Part shown: piece after piece, positions 30,498-40,416 of the stretch | Numbering within the stretch: the stretch's first letter is position 1 | Layout: the number at the start of each line of letters is the position of its first letter | NCBI GenBank assembly: GCA_030267215.1 | Contig: JAJDJP010000003.1 | Span: 23,512-87,511 of the forward strand | Reading direction: 5' to 3' | Length of the DNA: 64,000 nucleotides | Origin: Ruminococcaceae bacterium OttesenSCG-928-A16 | Lineage (GTDB): Bacteria > Bacillota > Clostridia > Oscillospirales > Ruminococcaceae | Notes under the pieces: generated by a model | Told to the model about the DNA's origin: nothing | Seen by the model: only the letters and a program-made list of their open reading frames with translations | Database searches by the model: none | Program-made: the position numbers and the translations under genes

Positions 30498-30608
30498 TGT
30501 TTTATACTTTAAAATAAGTATACCACGAACCCCATAAATGGTATACTTATAAATAAGTGCGGCCCAGTAGCCCGGCAGGCAAAGAAAACAATTGCACGGA
30601 GGGAACCC

Positions 30609-33266
30609 ATGGTAACAATAAAACCCCACAAATTGCGAAGAGATGACGGTTTAATGAAAGGCCCGCTACTAAGCTTTTTGCTTGGTGCTGCCGGCGCACT
30701 TGCCATTCTTATTCCGTTTTTAATCATCGATAAAGGCATGTTTATTTATATTGGAGATTATAACTCGCAGCAAATACCGTTTTACACCTATGTGCAGCAG
30801 TTTATACGCACCGGCGGCACCTGGAGCTGGGCAACCGACCTTGGCTCGTCGGTCATCAACTCCTATTCGTTTTACAATATCGGTTCGCCTTTTTTGTGGT
30901 TAACGGTGTTGTTTCCCACCAGTTGGGTGCCTTTTTTAATGGTGCCACTATTTATGCTAAAATTTGGTGGCATTGCGGCGGCGGCCAACCTGTTTTTGGG
31001 CCGCTATGCCAAAACCCGCAACATGGCGGTTATTGCCAGCCTTTTATATGCTTTTTGCGGGTTTAATGTCTATAATATCTTTTTTAACCACATGCTAGAT
31101 CCTGTCGTGATTTTCCCCCTAATGCTGTGGGCGCTAGATGGCTATATGTACCAGCGAAAACGCGGCTGGTTTGCAATATTTGTGGGTTTAGCATTGCTTA
31201 ACAGCTACTTCTTTTTTATTGGTAACGCGGTGTTTTTACTGCTGTATTTTGGCGTAAAATTGGCCATGAGAGAATACAGCATAGACCTAAAAAACCTTGG
31301 CCTGCTTGTGTTAGAAGCCCTGCTTGGCGTGGGCATTGGCATGGTGCTGGCCCTGCCGGCATTTTATAACCTTATGGGCAACCCCCGCACCAGCGATTTT
31401 GCCAGCGGTTTTGGCCTTGTAATGTACAGCAATGTGCAGCAATATTTCGCCATTTTGTCCTCGGTGTTTTTACCGCCAGACCCGCCCTACCTGCCCAACC
31501 TGTTTACCGAAGGCGCTATTAAATGGACCAGCATGAGCGCGTTTTTGCCCATTGTTTCGGTGGCGGGGGTAATTGCTTACTGGCGTGGGCGCAAAAAAAG
31601 CCCCATGAAAATAGTGCTGGGCATTACCCTTTTTATGGCATTGGTGCCTATTTTAAACAGCAGCTTTTATGCGTTTAATGCAAGCTATTATGCGCGCTGG
31701 TATTACATGCCGGTGCTTATTATGTGCTTTATGACGATGCAAACCCTGGAAGACGAAAGCTTTGATTTGGTGTTTGGCGCCAAAGTTACGCTTGGGCTTA
31801 CAGCGGTGTTTGCCGTTTTTGGCCTGCTACCCAACGAAAAAGACGGCCAGCGGGTGCTGGGGGTAGCCCAGTATAACAGCAAGCTGTGGCTTACCATACT
31901 AACCGCCATGCTGGGCATTGCTATTTTTTATGTGTTGGTGCGGTATTACCGGCACAAGGTAAGGTTTGCGCCGCTTTTGCTTAGCGCTGTTATGGGTTTT
32001 TCGGTGTTTTACTCGGTGGCTCATATCTCGCTGGGCAAATTCCCCCAGTGGGATAACGACAGCAATTACATGAAAGAAATGTACTATGGCACCAAGCAAT
32101 TAACCCTGCCAAACGACCAATTTTACCGCATAGATGCTTACAATACCTACGACAATATTGGCCTGTGGATGGATAAAAGCTGCCTGCAAACCTTCAACTC
32201 GGTGGTAACTCCCTCTATTATGGAGTTTTACCCCATGGTGGGGGTGAAGCGTGATGTTTCGAGCAAGCCAGAGCGACGGTTTTACGCCCTGCGTGGCCTG
32301 CTTAGCGTAAAATATACCGTTATGCCCACTGCCAAGCAAGAGGATTTTGAGGCAGCGATGGGCGAAGCCGAATACCAAGGCAACAAAGGCTGGGTGTTTT
32401 ATAAAGAAGAAGGCTCCTTTGTGGTGTACGAAAACCAAAACTTTTTGCCCCTTGGCTTTACCTACCAAAATTATGTAGATTTGGACAACCTGAGAATGGC
32501 CCCCGAAAGCGAGCGCAGCCTGCTGCTGGTGCGAGCTATGGGCTTAACGGCCGAGCAAGCCGAGCAATATGGCTACCTATTTAGCGGCGGTGCCTATGGC
32601 AATTTATTAGAAGAAACCCCGCAAGACGGCAGCCCAACCAACCGGTTCGATTACCCGGCCGTGAACTACGAGGCCTATGTGCAAGACATAGAGGCTCGGC
32701 GCACCAATGCTTCGTACGATGTACAGGCCGATGCCTCTGGCTTTACCAGCCACATTGTGCTGGATAAAGAAAACCTTGTGTTTTATGCTGTGCCGTACGA
32801 CGCAGGGTTTTCTGCCACCGTAAACGGAGAGCCGGCTGAAGTGCTAAAAGTTTCGGGCGGGCTAATGGCGGTGCAGGCCCCGGCGGGCGATAACGAGATT
32901 ATTTTTACCTACCAAACACCGGGCTTCCAGTTTGGGGCCAGTGTTACCATGCTGTCGGTTTCGTTGCTTTGCCTGTATTTGGTGCTGTGCTTGCGCAGCA
33001 AACAAAAGGCAGGTAAAAAAGCCATGGCAGAGGGTGAGCCCACCCCGGCGCTGCCCCTGCCCGGCGATGGCGAGCCCAGCGAAAACGCCAAACAGCACCT
33101 GCTATTGCTAGAAGAAAAGCGAAGACGTGCGGCCGAACGTGCCGAGCGTAGACGCCAACAAGCCGAAGAGGAAGCTGCCCGGTTGGCGCTGCAAGAGGAG
33201 CAAGCCGAAGAGGAAACACCAGCAAGCGATGCGCCGCCCCAAAACAACAACCCAGAGGAAGAATAG
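30609..33266 (+). CDS. YfhO-family polytopic membrane protein with a charged C-terminal tail
   Basis: 885 aa. Many TM helices in the N-terminal two thirds, a soluble region, a final TM helix, then a Glu/Arg/Ala-rich tail. GGAGGG SD. Confidence 0.7.
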   Translation: MVTIKPHKLRRDDGLMKGPLLSFLLGAAGALAILIPFLIIDKGMFIYIGDYNSQQIPFYTYVQQFIRTGGTWSWATDLGSSVINSYSFYNIGSPFLWLTVLFPTSWVPFLMVPLFMLKFGGIAAAANLFLGRYAKTRNMAVIASLLYAFCGFNVYNIFFNHMLDPVVIFPLMLWALDGYMYQRKRGWFAIFVGLALLNSYFFFIGNAVFLLLYFGVKLAMREYSIDLKNLGLLVLEALLGVGIGMVLALPAFYNLMGNPRTSDFASGFGLVMYSNVQQYFAILSSVFLPPDPPYLPNLFTEGAIKWTSMSAFLPIVSVAGVIAYWRGRKKSPMKIVLGITLFMALVPILNSSFYAFNASYYARWYYMPVLIMCFMTMQTLEDESFDLVFGAKVTLGLTAVFAVFGLLPNEKDGQRVLGVAQYNSKLWLTILTAMLGIAIFYVLVRYYRHKVRFAPLLLSAVMGFSVFYSVAHISLGKFPQWDNDSNYMKEMYYGTKQLTLPNDQFYRIDAYNTYDNIGLWMDKSCLQTFNSVVTPSIMEFYPMVGVKRDVSSKPERRFYALRGLLSVKYTVMPTAKQEDFEAAMGEAEYQGNKGWVFYKEEGSFVVYENQNFLPLGFTYQNYVDLDNLRMAPESERSLLLVRAMGLTAEQAEQYGYLFSGGAYGNLLEETPQDGSPTNRFDYPAVNYEAYVQDIEARRTNASYDVQADASGFTSHIVLDKENLVFYAVPYDAGFSATVNGEPAEVLKVSGGLMAVQAPAGDNEIIFTYQTPGFQFGASVTMLSVSLLCLYLVLCLRSKQKAGKKAMAEGEPTPALPLPGDGEPSENAKQHLLLLEEKRRRAAERAERRRQQAEEEAARLALQEEQAEEETPASDAPPQNNNPEEE

Positions 33267-33349
33267 GTTTTGGCTTTTTCAGGGTGCTTGCCCTTGGCTT
33301 TATAACAAGTAACCATTCTACCACCTACTATTAAAGGAGCATATTTTAC

Positions 33350-35533
33350 ATGGATTTTGTGCAGATTTTGGCAAAGGAATTTACCCTGCAACCGGGTAAC
33401 GTAAAAGCAGCGGTAGAGCTAATAGACGAGGGGAATACCATCCCCTTTATTGCCCGTTACCGCAAAGAAGCTACCGGCAGCATGGACGACCAAGTGCTGC
33501 GAGAGCTGGACGAGCGCCTGCGCTACCTGCGCAACCTAGACACCCGCAAAACCGAGGTGGCGGCCACAATAGAAGAACAGGGCAAGATGACCGACGAAAT
33601 TACTGCTGCGCTGGAAGCCGCCCGCACCTTGGCCGAGGTAGAGGATATTTACCGCCCCTACAAACCAAAACGCAAAACGCGCGGCAGCATGGCCCGTGCC
33701 CGTGGGCTAGAGCCTTTGGCCCAGCGCCTGCTGCAGCAAAACACTGGCGACGACCCATTGGCGCTGGCAGCTGAATATGTAGACGCTGAAAAAGAGGTGG
33801 CCGATGCCGAAGCCGCCCTTGCCGGCGCCCGCGATGTGCTGGCGGAGGATTTTTCGGACGATGCCAAGCTGCGGGCCGCCCTGCGCCGTTTTTATGCCGA
33901 CACTGCCTTGATAGAAAGCAAAGCGGCCAAAGAGGAAGACGGCGTGTATAGCGGTTATTATGAGTTTAGCGAACCGGTTAAAAAAATAGCGGGGCACCGC
34001 ATTTTGGCTGTTAACCGGGGCGAAGCCGAAGAATTTTTGAAGGTGGCCGTTACGGTAGATGCCGAAAAAGCCCTTGCCATTTTAGAAAAAGCCGTGGTAA
34101 AAAACAGCAGCCTTGCGGGCCAGCAGGTGGCCGAGGCCGCTGCCGACAGCTACAGCCGCTTGCTGCACCCCTCTTTAGAGCGAGAGGTGCGGGCCGATTT
34201 GACCGATAAGGCCGACGAAGGCGCCATTAAGGTGTTTGGGCAAAACCTGCGCCAGCTTTTGTTGCAGCCGCCTATACGCGGCAAGGTTGCCATGGGGCTG
34301 GACCCCGGCTACCGCATGGGCTGTAAAGTAGCTGTGGTAGACCCCACCGGCCGTGTGCTGGATACCGCCGTGGTGTACCCGGTTGCCGCCAGCGATGCTA
34401 AAATTGCCGAGGCGCAAAAAATAATTAAAGCACTTATTAAAAAGCATAAGGTAGAGGTTATTGCCATTGGCAACGGCACGGCCGGGCGCGAAACCGAGAT
34501 GTTTACGGTAGATGTACTGCGCGAGCTTGCGGCCGAGCAGGTGCAGGTAGAATACATGGTGGTAAACGAGGCCGGGGCCAGTGTGTATTCGGCCAGCAAA
34601 CTTGCCGCCGAAGAATTTCCCCAATTTGATGTGAACCTGCGCAGCGCGGTTTCTATTGCCCGCCGCATGCAAGACCCACTGGCAGAGCTGGTGAAAATTG
34701 ACCCCAAGGCCGTGGGTGTTGGGCAGTACCAGCACGACATGCCCCCCGCCCGCCTTGCCGCCGAGCTGGACGGTGTGGTAGAAGCCTGTGTAAACACCGT
34801 TGGGGTAGAGCTAAACACCGCCTCGGCCCCGTTGTTGCAGCGGGTGGCGGGTTTAAGCGCCGCAACCGCTAAAAACATTGTGGCCAAGCGCGAAGAAGAG
34901 GGCCCCTTTACCACCCGCAAACAACTTTTAAAGGTGCCAAAGCTTGGCCCCAAAGCCTTTGAGCAGTGCGCCGGCTTTTTGCGCCTGCCCGATGCCAAAA
35001 ACAAGCTAGACGCTACCGCGGTACACCCCGAAAGTTATGCCGCTGCCGAACAATTGCTAAAAATTTGTGGCTTTACCACCAGCGACATTGGCACCGAGGC
35101 CATTGCCGCCCTGCCCCAAAAAGCCAAAGAGATTGGCATGGATAACCTGGCCGAAAAGCTGGGTGTTGGCCGCCCCACCTTACAGGATATTTTGGACGAA
35201 CTGCTGCGCCCGGGCCGCGATATCCGTGATACCTTGCCGCCCCCGCTATTGCGCAGCGATGTGCTGGAGATGAAGGACCTTACCCCCGGTATGGAGCTAG
35301 TGGGTACCGTGCGCAATGTAATAGATTTTGGCGCCTTTGTGGATATTGGGGTGCATCAGGACGGCCTTGTGCACATTAGCCAAATTTCCAACAAATACAT
35401 TCGCCACCCGGGCGAGGTACTGGCCGTGGGCGACATTGTAACCGTGTGGGTAATAGCGGTAGATGAAGCTAAAAAGCGCATTTCGCTTACCATGAAAAAA
35501 CCTGCCCAGGGTGCTGGAAGCACAAAGAAGTAA
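33350..35533 (+). CDS. tex: Tex-like transcription accessory protein (S1 domain)
   Basis: 727 aa. N-terminal IPFIARYRKE, a YqgF-like centre, HhH motifs and a C-terminal S1 domain (GTVRNVIDFGAFVDIG). Confidence 0.93.
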   Translation: MDFVQILAKEFTLQPGNVKAAVELIDEGNTIPFIARYRKEATGSMDDQVLRELDERLRYLRNLDTRKTEVAATIEEQGKMTDEITAALEAARTLAEVEDIYRPYKPKRKTRGSMARARGLEPLAQRLLQQNTGDDPLALAAEYVDAEKEVADAEAALAGARDVLAEDFSDDAKLRAALRRFYADTALIESKAAKEEDGVYSGYYEFSEPVKKIAGHRILAVNRGEAEEFLKVAVTVDAEKALAILEKAVVKNSSLAGQQVAEAAADSYSRLLHPSLEREVRADLTDKADEGAIKVFGQNLRQLLLQPPIRGKVAMGLDPGYRMGCKVAVVDPTGRVLDTAVVYPVAASDAKIAEAQKIIKALIKKHKVEVIAIGNGTAGRETEMFTVDVLRELAAEQVQVEYMVVNEAGASVYSASKLAAEEFPQFDVNLRSAVSIARRMQDPLAELVKIDPKAVGVGQYQHDMPPARLAAELDGVVEACVNTVGVELNTASAPLLQRVAGLSAATAKNIVAKREEEGPFTTRKQLLKVPKLGPKAFEQCAGFLRLPDAKNKLDATAVHPESYAAAEQLLKICGFTTSDIGTEAIAALPQKAKEIGMDNLAEKLGVGRPTLQDILDELLRPGRDIRDTLPPPLLRSDVLEMKDLTPGMELVGTVRNVIDFGAFVDIGVHQDGLVHISQISNKYIRHPGEVLAVGDIVTVWVIAVDEAKKRISLTMKKPAQGAGSTKK

Positions 35534-35538
35534 GCGAT

Positions 35539-35727
35539 TGCAGAAACCAATTTTACAAAAAATAATCACTTGTCATTCTGAACGAAGTGATACTAATTTG
35601 CGATAGAAACGACTTATTTCTATCGCAACGTGGCGGCAAAACCACCACACGTCTCATGCAAAAACTGCCCTCAGAATGACATCGTTAAAAAAATAAGTAC
35701 TTGGTTTTTGTAAAATCAACTTTTGTA
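35539..35727 (+). mobile_element. MITE-like element, copy C, with a divergent internal module (boundaries approximate)
   Basis: Its outer and inner inverted repeats match copy B. The interior is replaced by two other hairpins (GCGATAGAAA/TTTCTATCGC and GTGGCGG/CCACCAC). Confidence 0.6.
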
Positions 35728-35800
35728 GTTAATTACTTACAACATTGTGGTTGTCATCGCAACTATGCTGAAAAAGTTGTTGTATTTCTATAAAACTACC

Positions 35801-35829
35801 TTGACAGGCGAGGTATTGTTTTGTATAGT
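35801..35829 (+). promoter_or_regulatory. Promoter of the lemA-DUF2207 operon
   Basis: TTGACA, 17-nt spacer, TATAGT with TG extension, 22 nt before the lemA ATG. Confidence 0.65.
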
Positions 35830-35850
35830 GTAATCAGAATATAAAAAGGA

Positions 35851-36432
35851 GTGAAATATATGGGATTTTTAGGTGTATTGGTTGTGTTAATACTTATTAT
35901 TGTAGTGGTAATTATTGGCCTTATAGTTTGGGTTATTCGCGGCCAAAAAAACCTGGTGCATTCCGAAGAGCTTTGCGGCAACGCCCTTAGCCAAATTGGT
36001 ATACAGCAGGCTTCCCGCTGGGATGCGCTAACCGCACTTGCTGATTTAACCAAACAATATTCGGACCAAGAGTATAACACCCTAATGGACGTTATACGCG
36101 CGCGGCAAGGGGTAAACCCCAACACCCCCGCCACCGAGGTAGACCAGCAAGAGGGTATGCTGCAGCAGGCTACCAGCCGTTTAATGGCTGTTGCCGAGGC
36201 GTATCCCGATTTAAAAAGCAACACACTTTACCTTAAAACCATGGATAGCGTGCATGGGTACGAAGACAATGTACGCATGAGCCGCATGGTGTATAACGAT
36301 ACCGTTACCCGTTACAACCGGTTGGTGCGCAGCCTGCCTGGCTCTTTGGTTGCGGGCAGCTTGGGCTTTGCCCCGCGCGAATATTTGGAGAATGACGCCA
36401 CCAAGGCAAACATGCCCAGCATGGCCCGGTAA
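35851..36432 (+). CDS. lemA: LemA-family protein
   Basis: N-terminal TM helix and the LemA helical pattern (NALSQIGIQ..RWD.., YPDLKSN, YNDTVTRYN). Confidence 0.88.
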   Translation: MKYMGFLGVLVVLILIIVVVIIGLIVWVIRGQKNLVHSEELCGNALSQIGIQQASRWDALTALADLTKQYSDQEYNTLMDVIRARQGVNPNTPATEVDQQEGMLQQATSRLMAVAEAYPDLKSNTLYLKTMDSVHGYEDNVRMSRMVYNDTVTRYNRLVRSLPGSLVAGSLGFAPREYLENDATKANMPSMAR

Positions 36433-36554
36433 CATGTGCTAACAGTAAGCATATTACTATAAAGCATAAAAAGCGGCGCAGGCACACAGTAGCGGTGCTT
36501 GTGCCGTTTTATTTCGTTATGCATGTATAGGTGCAATGGCAAAGAGGGGATTAT

Positions 36555-38390
36555 ATGGGAAAAACCAAGGGAAACAAAAAAGTAGCAATAGCGGTGTTGG
36601 TTTTGTTAACCGTGCTGTTATACGGGGCGCTTTTGCCTTTTACAGTGCAGGCCGCCAGCCCTGCCACCCATAGTGTGGATATTACAGTGGACCTGAACGA
36701 CGACGGCAGCGGTGTTGTTACCGAAGTTTGGGACGTAACCATTGTGGATGGCACCGAGTATTATTTAACAAAATACGATTTGTTAAAAGGGCAGGATATT
36801 ACCGACCTTTCGGTAACCGATGAAACCGGGTGGCAGTATACCAACATAGGTGTGTGGAACAGCGACCGGGAGGGTGCCGAAAAATATGGCGAATGTGGCC
36901 TAATTGCCACCAAAGGCGGCTACGAAATTTGCTGGGGTGTTTATAACGATTATGGCAACCATGTGTACACCGTGCGTTATACCATGCCCGGCCTTGTGCA
37001 AAGCTACACCGAAGCCGATGCGATTATTCAGGCTTTTGTGCCCGAAAATCTGAATGAGTCTGTTCAAAAAGTGAACCTAGTTATACGGAAAGAGGGGCTA
37101 ACCTTTACCCAACAAAACACCGGTGTGTGGGGGCTTGGTGCTGCTGGCCAAATTTACGTGAATAATGGCCAGGTGGAATTAGAAACAACCGCGCCTTTAA
37201 ACAAAAGCAGGGCTGTTGGCGTAATGGTAGAATTTGACAAAGGCATGTTTAACCCGGTGGTGGATAATGGGCGAAGCTTTGTTGATGCAAAAGAACAGGC
37301 ATTGGAAGGGAGTGGCTACACCCCCGATGAAGAGGACGGAAAAGGTGGCGACATGATTGTGGGGGGCAGCAGCGGCAATTCCTCCACTTCAGGTTTTTCC
37401 TCTTTTTTTGGTGTGTTTTCAGGTTTTATCCCCCTTGTTATTGTAGTAGGGGTTGGCGCGCTTATTGGCTCTGCCAGTAAAAAAGGCAAAAAAAGTGTTA
37501 CATACAATACCCGCAATTATAAAAATGTGCCTTACAGCCGCCAATTGCCCTGGAACGGGGACTTGATAGCTACCTATGCCAGCTTAGAAGATTTAAAAAG
37601 CCTGCCCAACGAAGGCGCCATTATTGGGGCCTATATGTTGCGCTGGGTGCGCAGCCGCCAAATAGAAATGGTAAAGTATATGGGTGGCTTTTTTGGCACC
37701 AAAGAAGAAGATGCCGTAAAACTGTACCAGCCCCGCCCAACTATGGAGCCGTACGAGCGCCGCTTGTACGATATGCTGATATCGGCAGCCGGGAATGACT
37801 GGATTTTGCAAAGTAAAGAATTTGAAAAATGGAGCCAGCGCAATTACACCCAAGTGCAGGGCTGGCTAGAGCTAGGCAAAAATAACGGCAAAGCACAAAT
37901 GCGCAAGCTGGGCGCCCTTACCGAGCAAGAATCCAAAGCTTTTTTTGGGCTTATCCGTTATTACCCAACCGTGTTAACCCCACTGGGCGAAACCTATACC
38001 CAAAACATGTTTGGGTTTAAAAAATATTTAGAAGATTTTACCATTATCAACGAGCGGGAAGCCCGCGAGGTACAACTGTGGGACGAATACCTTGTATTTG
38101 CCCAGCTGTTTGGCATAGCCGACCGCGTGGCCGAGCAGTTTAAGCAGCTGTACCCAGATTATTTTGTGCAGATGGCAACCCAGATGGGTGCCAATGTGGA
38201 TATGTTTGATATTTTGATATTAACGCGCATGATGAACAGCTATGGCCGTGCGGCGGCGGCTGGTTACCACGCTGGTTATAACGCGGCACATAGCAGTAGC
38301 TATAGTGGCGGTGGCGGCGGCTATAGCGGCGGCGGTGGCGGCGGTGGCGGCGGCTTTGGTGGTGGCGGCGGTGGCGGCGGCACCCGCTAA
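36555..38390 (+). CDS. DUF2207-family membrane protein with a poly-Gly C-terminus (paralogue 1)
   Basis: Signal/TM segment, extracytoplasmic domain, mid TM helix, cytoplasmic domain (FKKYLEDFTIINERE) and a GGGG...TR tail. ATG at 36555 with GAGGGG SD. Confidence 0.8.
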   Translation: MGKTKGNKKVAIAVLVLLTVLLYGALLPFTVQAASPATHSVDITVDLNDDGSGVVTEVWDVTIVDGTEYYLTKYDLLKGQDITDLSVTDETGWQYTNIGVWNSDREGAEKYGECGLIATKGGYEICWGVYNDYGNHVYTVRYTMPGLVQSYTEADAIIQAFVPENLNESVQKVNLVIRKEGLTFTQQNTGVWGLGAAGQIYVNNGQVELETTAPLNKSRAVGVMVEFDKGMFNPVVDNGRSFVDAKEQALEGSGYTPDEEDGKGGDMIVGGSSGNSSTSGFSSFFGVFSGFIPLVIVVGVGALIGSASKKGKKSVTYNTRNYKNVPYSRQLPWNGDLIATYASLEDLKSLPNEGAIIGAYMLRWVRSRQIEMVKYMGGFFGTKEEDAVKLYQPRPTMEPYERRLYDMLISAAGNDWILQSKEFEKWSQRNYTQVQGWLELGKNNGKAQMRKLGALTEQESKAFFGLIRYYPTVLTPLGETYTQNMFGFKKYLEDFTIINEREAREVQLWDEYLVFAQLFGIADRVAEQFKQLYPDYFVQMATQMGANVDMFDILILTRMMNSYGRAAAAGYHAGYNAAHSSSYSGGGGGYSGGGGGGGGGFGGGGGGGGTR

Positions 38391-38532
38391 CTTGCCCTAT
38401 GCGCATGGCACAGTTTGTGTTATGTATGCCCCCGCTGCCAAAAGCAGGGGCATACTTTGCCAAAAAAGCTTTTTATTTGGTTATAAGCCCGTAAGCGGCA
38501 TACCAAAAAAACGGGTTAAAGGGGTATTGCAA

Positions 38533-40329
38533 ATGGGTAACCGTAAGGGCGTGCCAATTAAAGCGGCAGGTTTTTTGGCCTTGCTGCTTATATTACTTTG
38601 CTTATTTTTATACCAGCCGGTACAGGGGGCCAATGCCGCCATACGCAGCATTGATATTATGGTGGATTTGCAAGAGGACGGCAGTGCACATGTTACCGAA
38701 GTGTGGGACGTAACCATTGTGGATGGCACCGAGTATTATTTAACAAAGCACAACCTGTTAAAAGGGCAGGATATCACCAACCTTTCGGTAACCGATGAAA
38801 GCGGGCGGCGGTATACCAACATAGGTGTGTGGAACAGCAACCGGGAGGGTGCCGACAAATTTGGCGAATGCGGCCTAATTGCCACCAACGGCGGCTACGA
38901 AATTTGCTGGGGTATTTATAACGATTATGGCAACCATGTGTACACTGTGCAATACACCATGGCCGGCCTTGTGCAACGCTATAAAGGCGGTGTTGCCCTT
39001 AACCAGTGGTTTATTTCTAAAGAACTGCTTTCGTACCCCGAAGAGATAAGTGTGGTGATAAACAAGCCGGGCACCACCTTTACCAGCAACGATACCAAGG
39101 TGTGGGCATATGGCTTTACCGGCGATATTTATGTAGAAAATGGGCAGGTAGTGGCAAACAGCAGCAAGCGGCTATTTTCTAAAAACTATGTTTCGGTGCT
39201 GGCGGTATTTGAGGGCGGGCAGTTTAGCCCGGCAGTAAGCAGTAGCAAAACCATTGAAAAAGTAAAAAAGGACGCCATGGAGGGCAGCCAATATATTAGC
39301 CCGCTGCGGCGAGTGCAAGAGTTTGCCGCGGAACACGGAATTGGTGTAATTCTTACACTGGTTGGAGTTATTTTGCCAATTACAATTTATTTTTTACGAT
39401 GGGTGAAAGGGTTTTTAACAAGGCTACGCAAAAAAAGCGGTAGGGGCGTGCGCAGCGAGCAGTTTGGTTTGCTGGGCAAACAATATAAAAAGGTTGCGTT
39501 TTGCCGAGCATTACCGTGGAAAAACAACGTAATTATTACCCATACCGCCATGAACGAACTGGGCCTGTTAAAAAACGAAGGTACCCTTATTGGCGCTTAC
39601 CTGCTACATTGGTTGCAAAACCAGCAGGTGAAACTGGTAAAAAAACCGGCGGAGGGCAAGGGCAAAGAAATGGATGCCATTGAGTTGCAACCCATTGTGC
39701 CCGGCATGCAAGAGTGTGAGCTTGAACTGTACCATATGCTGGCGGCAGCGGCCGGCAAACCAGATTTTGTTTTGGAAAAAGATGAGTTTAAAGCCTGGGC
39801 CAAGGTGCACCACAAACGCGTGGGAGAATGGTTTGCCAAGTGCAAAAAAGTTGGCGAAAAAGAAATGAAAGAGATGGGTGCGCTTGCCAAAGGGACGAAA
39901 GAAGTAAGAACCATTTTTGGCAAAAAAATAAAGCATCCGGCTATTGTAGCAACAAAGGCTGGTGTACAGTATGCAAAAGAGATGATGGGCTTTAAAAAAT
40001 ACCTGCAAAACTTTACCATTATTAACGAGCGGCAGCCCCGCGAAGTTGAATTGTGGGAAGCATATTTGGTGTATGCGCAGGTGTTTGGCATTGCCGATGC
40101 TGTGGCAGAACAGTTTAAACAGCTGTACCCGGCTTATTTTAATCAGCCACAAATGCACTATGGTGGCGCAGAGAATATGGAGGTTGTTACCCACCTAACC
40201 AGCAGTTATGGCATTGCCATGGCCACCGGGTATAACCGTGGGCACTATGATGCAATTAGCAGAAGCAGTGGTAGCAGCGGAGGTGGTGGCAGCAGTAGCA
40301 GCAGCGGTGGTGGCGGCGGCACCCGCTAA
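38533..40329 (+). CDS. DUF2207-family membrane protein (paralogue 2)
   Basis: Same architecture as paralogue 1. I take the ATG at 38533 as the start; the ORF-track start at 38242 overlaps the previous gene in its Gly-rich region. Confidence 0.8.
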   Translation: MGNRKGVPIKAAGFLALLLILLCLFLYQPVQGANAAIRSIDIMVDLQEDGSAHVTEVWDVTIVDGTEYYLTKHNLLKGQDITNLSVTDESGRRYTNIGVWNSNREGADKFGECGLIATNGGYEICWGIYNDYGNHVYTVQYTMAGLVQRYKGGVALNQWFISKELLSYPEEISVVINKPGTTFTSNDTKVWAYGFTGDIYVENGQVVANSSKRLFSKNYVSVLAVFEGGQFSPAVSSSKTIEKVKKDAMEGSQYISPLRRVQEFAAEHGIGVILTLVGVILPITIYFLRWVKGFLTRLRKKSGRGVRSEQFGLLGKQYKKVAFCRALPWKNNVIITHTAMNELGLLKNEGTLIGAYLLHWLQNQQVKLVKKPAEGKGKEMDAIELQPIVPGMQECELELYHMLAAAAGKPDFVLEKDEFKAWAKVHHKRVGEWFAKCKKVGEKEMKEMGALAKGTKEVRTIFGKKIKHPAIVATKAGVQYAKEMMGFKKYLQNFTIINERQPREVELWEAYLVYAQVFGIADAVAEQFKQLYPAYFNQPQMHYGGAENMEVVTHLTSSYGIAMATGYNRGHYDAISRSSGSSGGGGSSSSSGGGGGTR

Positions 40330-40416
40330 CATAGTGTTGCTAGGCTAGCAAAGCGCAAAAAACCCAGCTATCCGGAAAATCCGGCCAGCTGGGTTTGTGT
40401 TTTGTTGGGGTATTGC

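Noticed and set aside
38242-38532. N-terminal extension of the second DUF2207 ORF (ORF-track start 38242).
   Set aside because: It overlaps the Gly-rich 3' end of the upstream gene in another frame. It encodes low-complexity Ala/Val repeats mirroring the GGC repeats. The ATG at 38533 gives a normal signal/TM start homologous to paralogue 1.
36700-38990. Diversity-generating retroelement (TR/VR pair) explaining the near-identical blocks in the DUF2207 paralogues.
   Set aside because: No reverse transcriptase or accessory gene is in the window. The mismatches between the blocks are of all types rather than confined to adenines.
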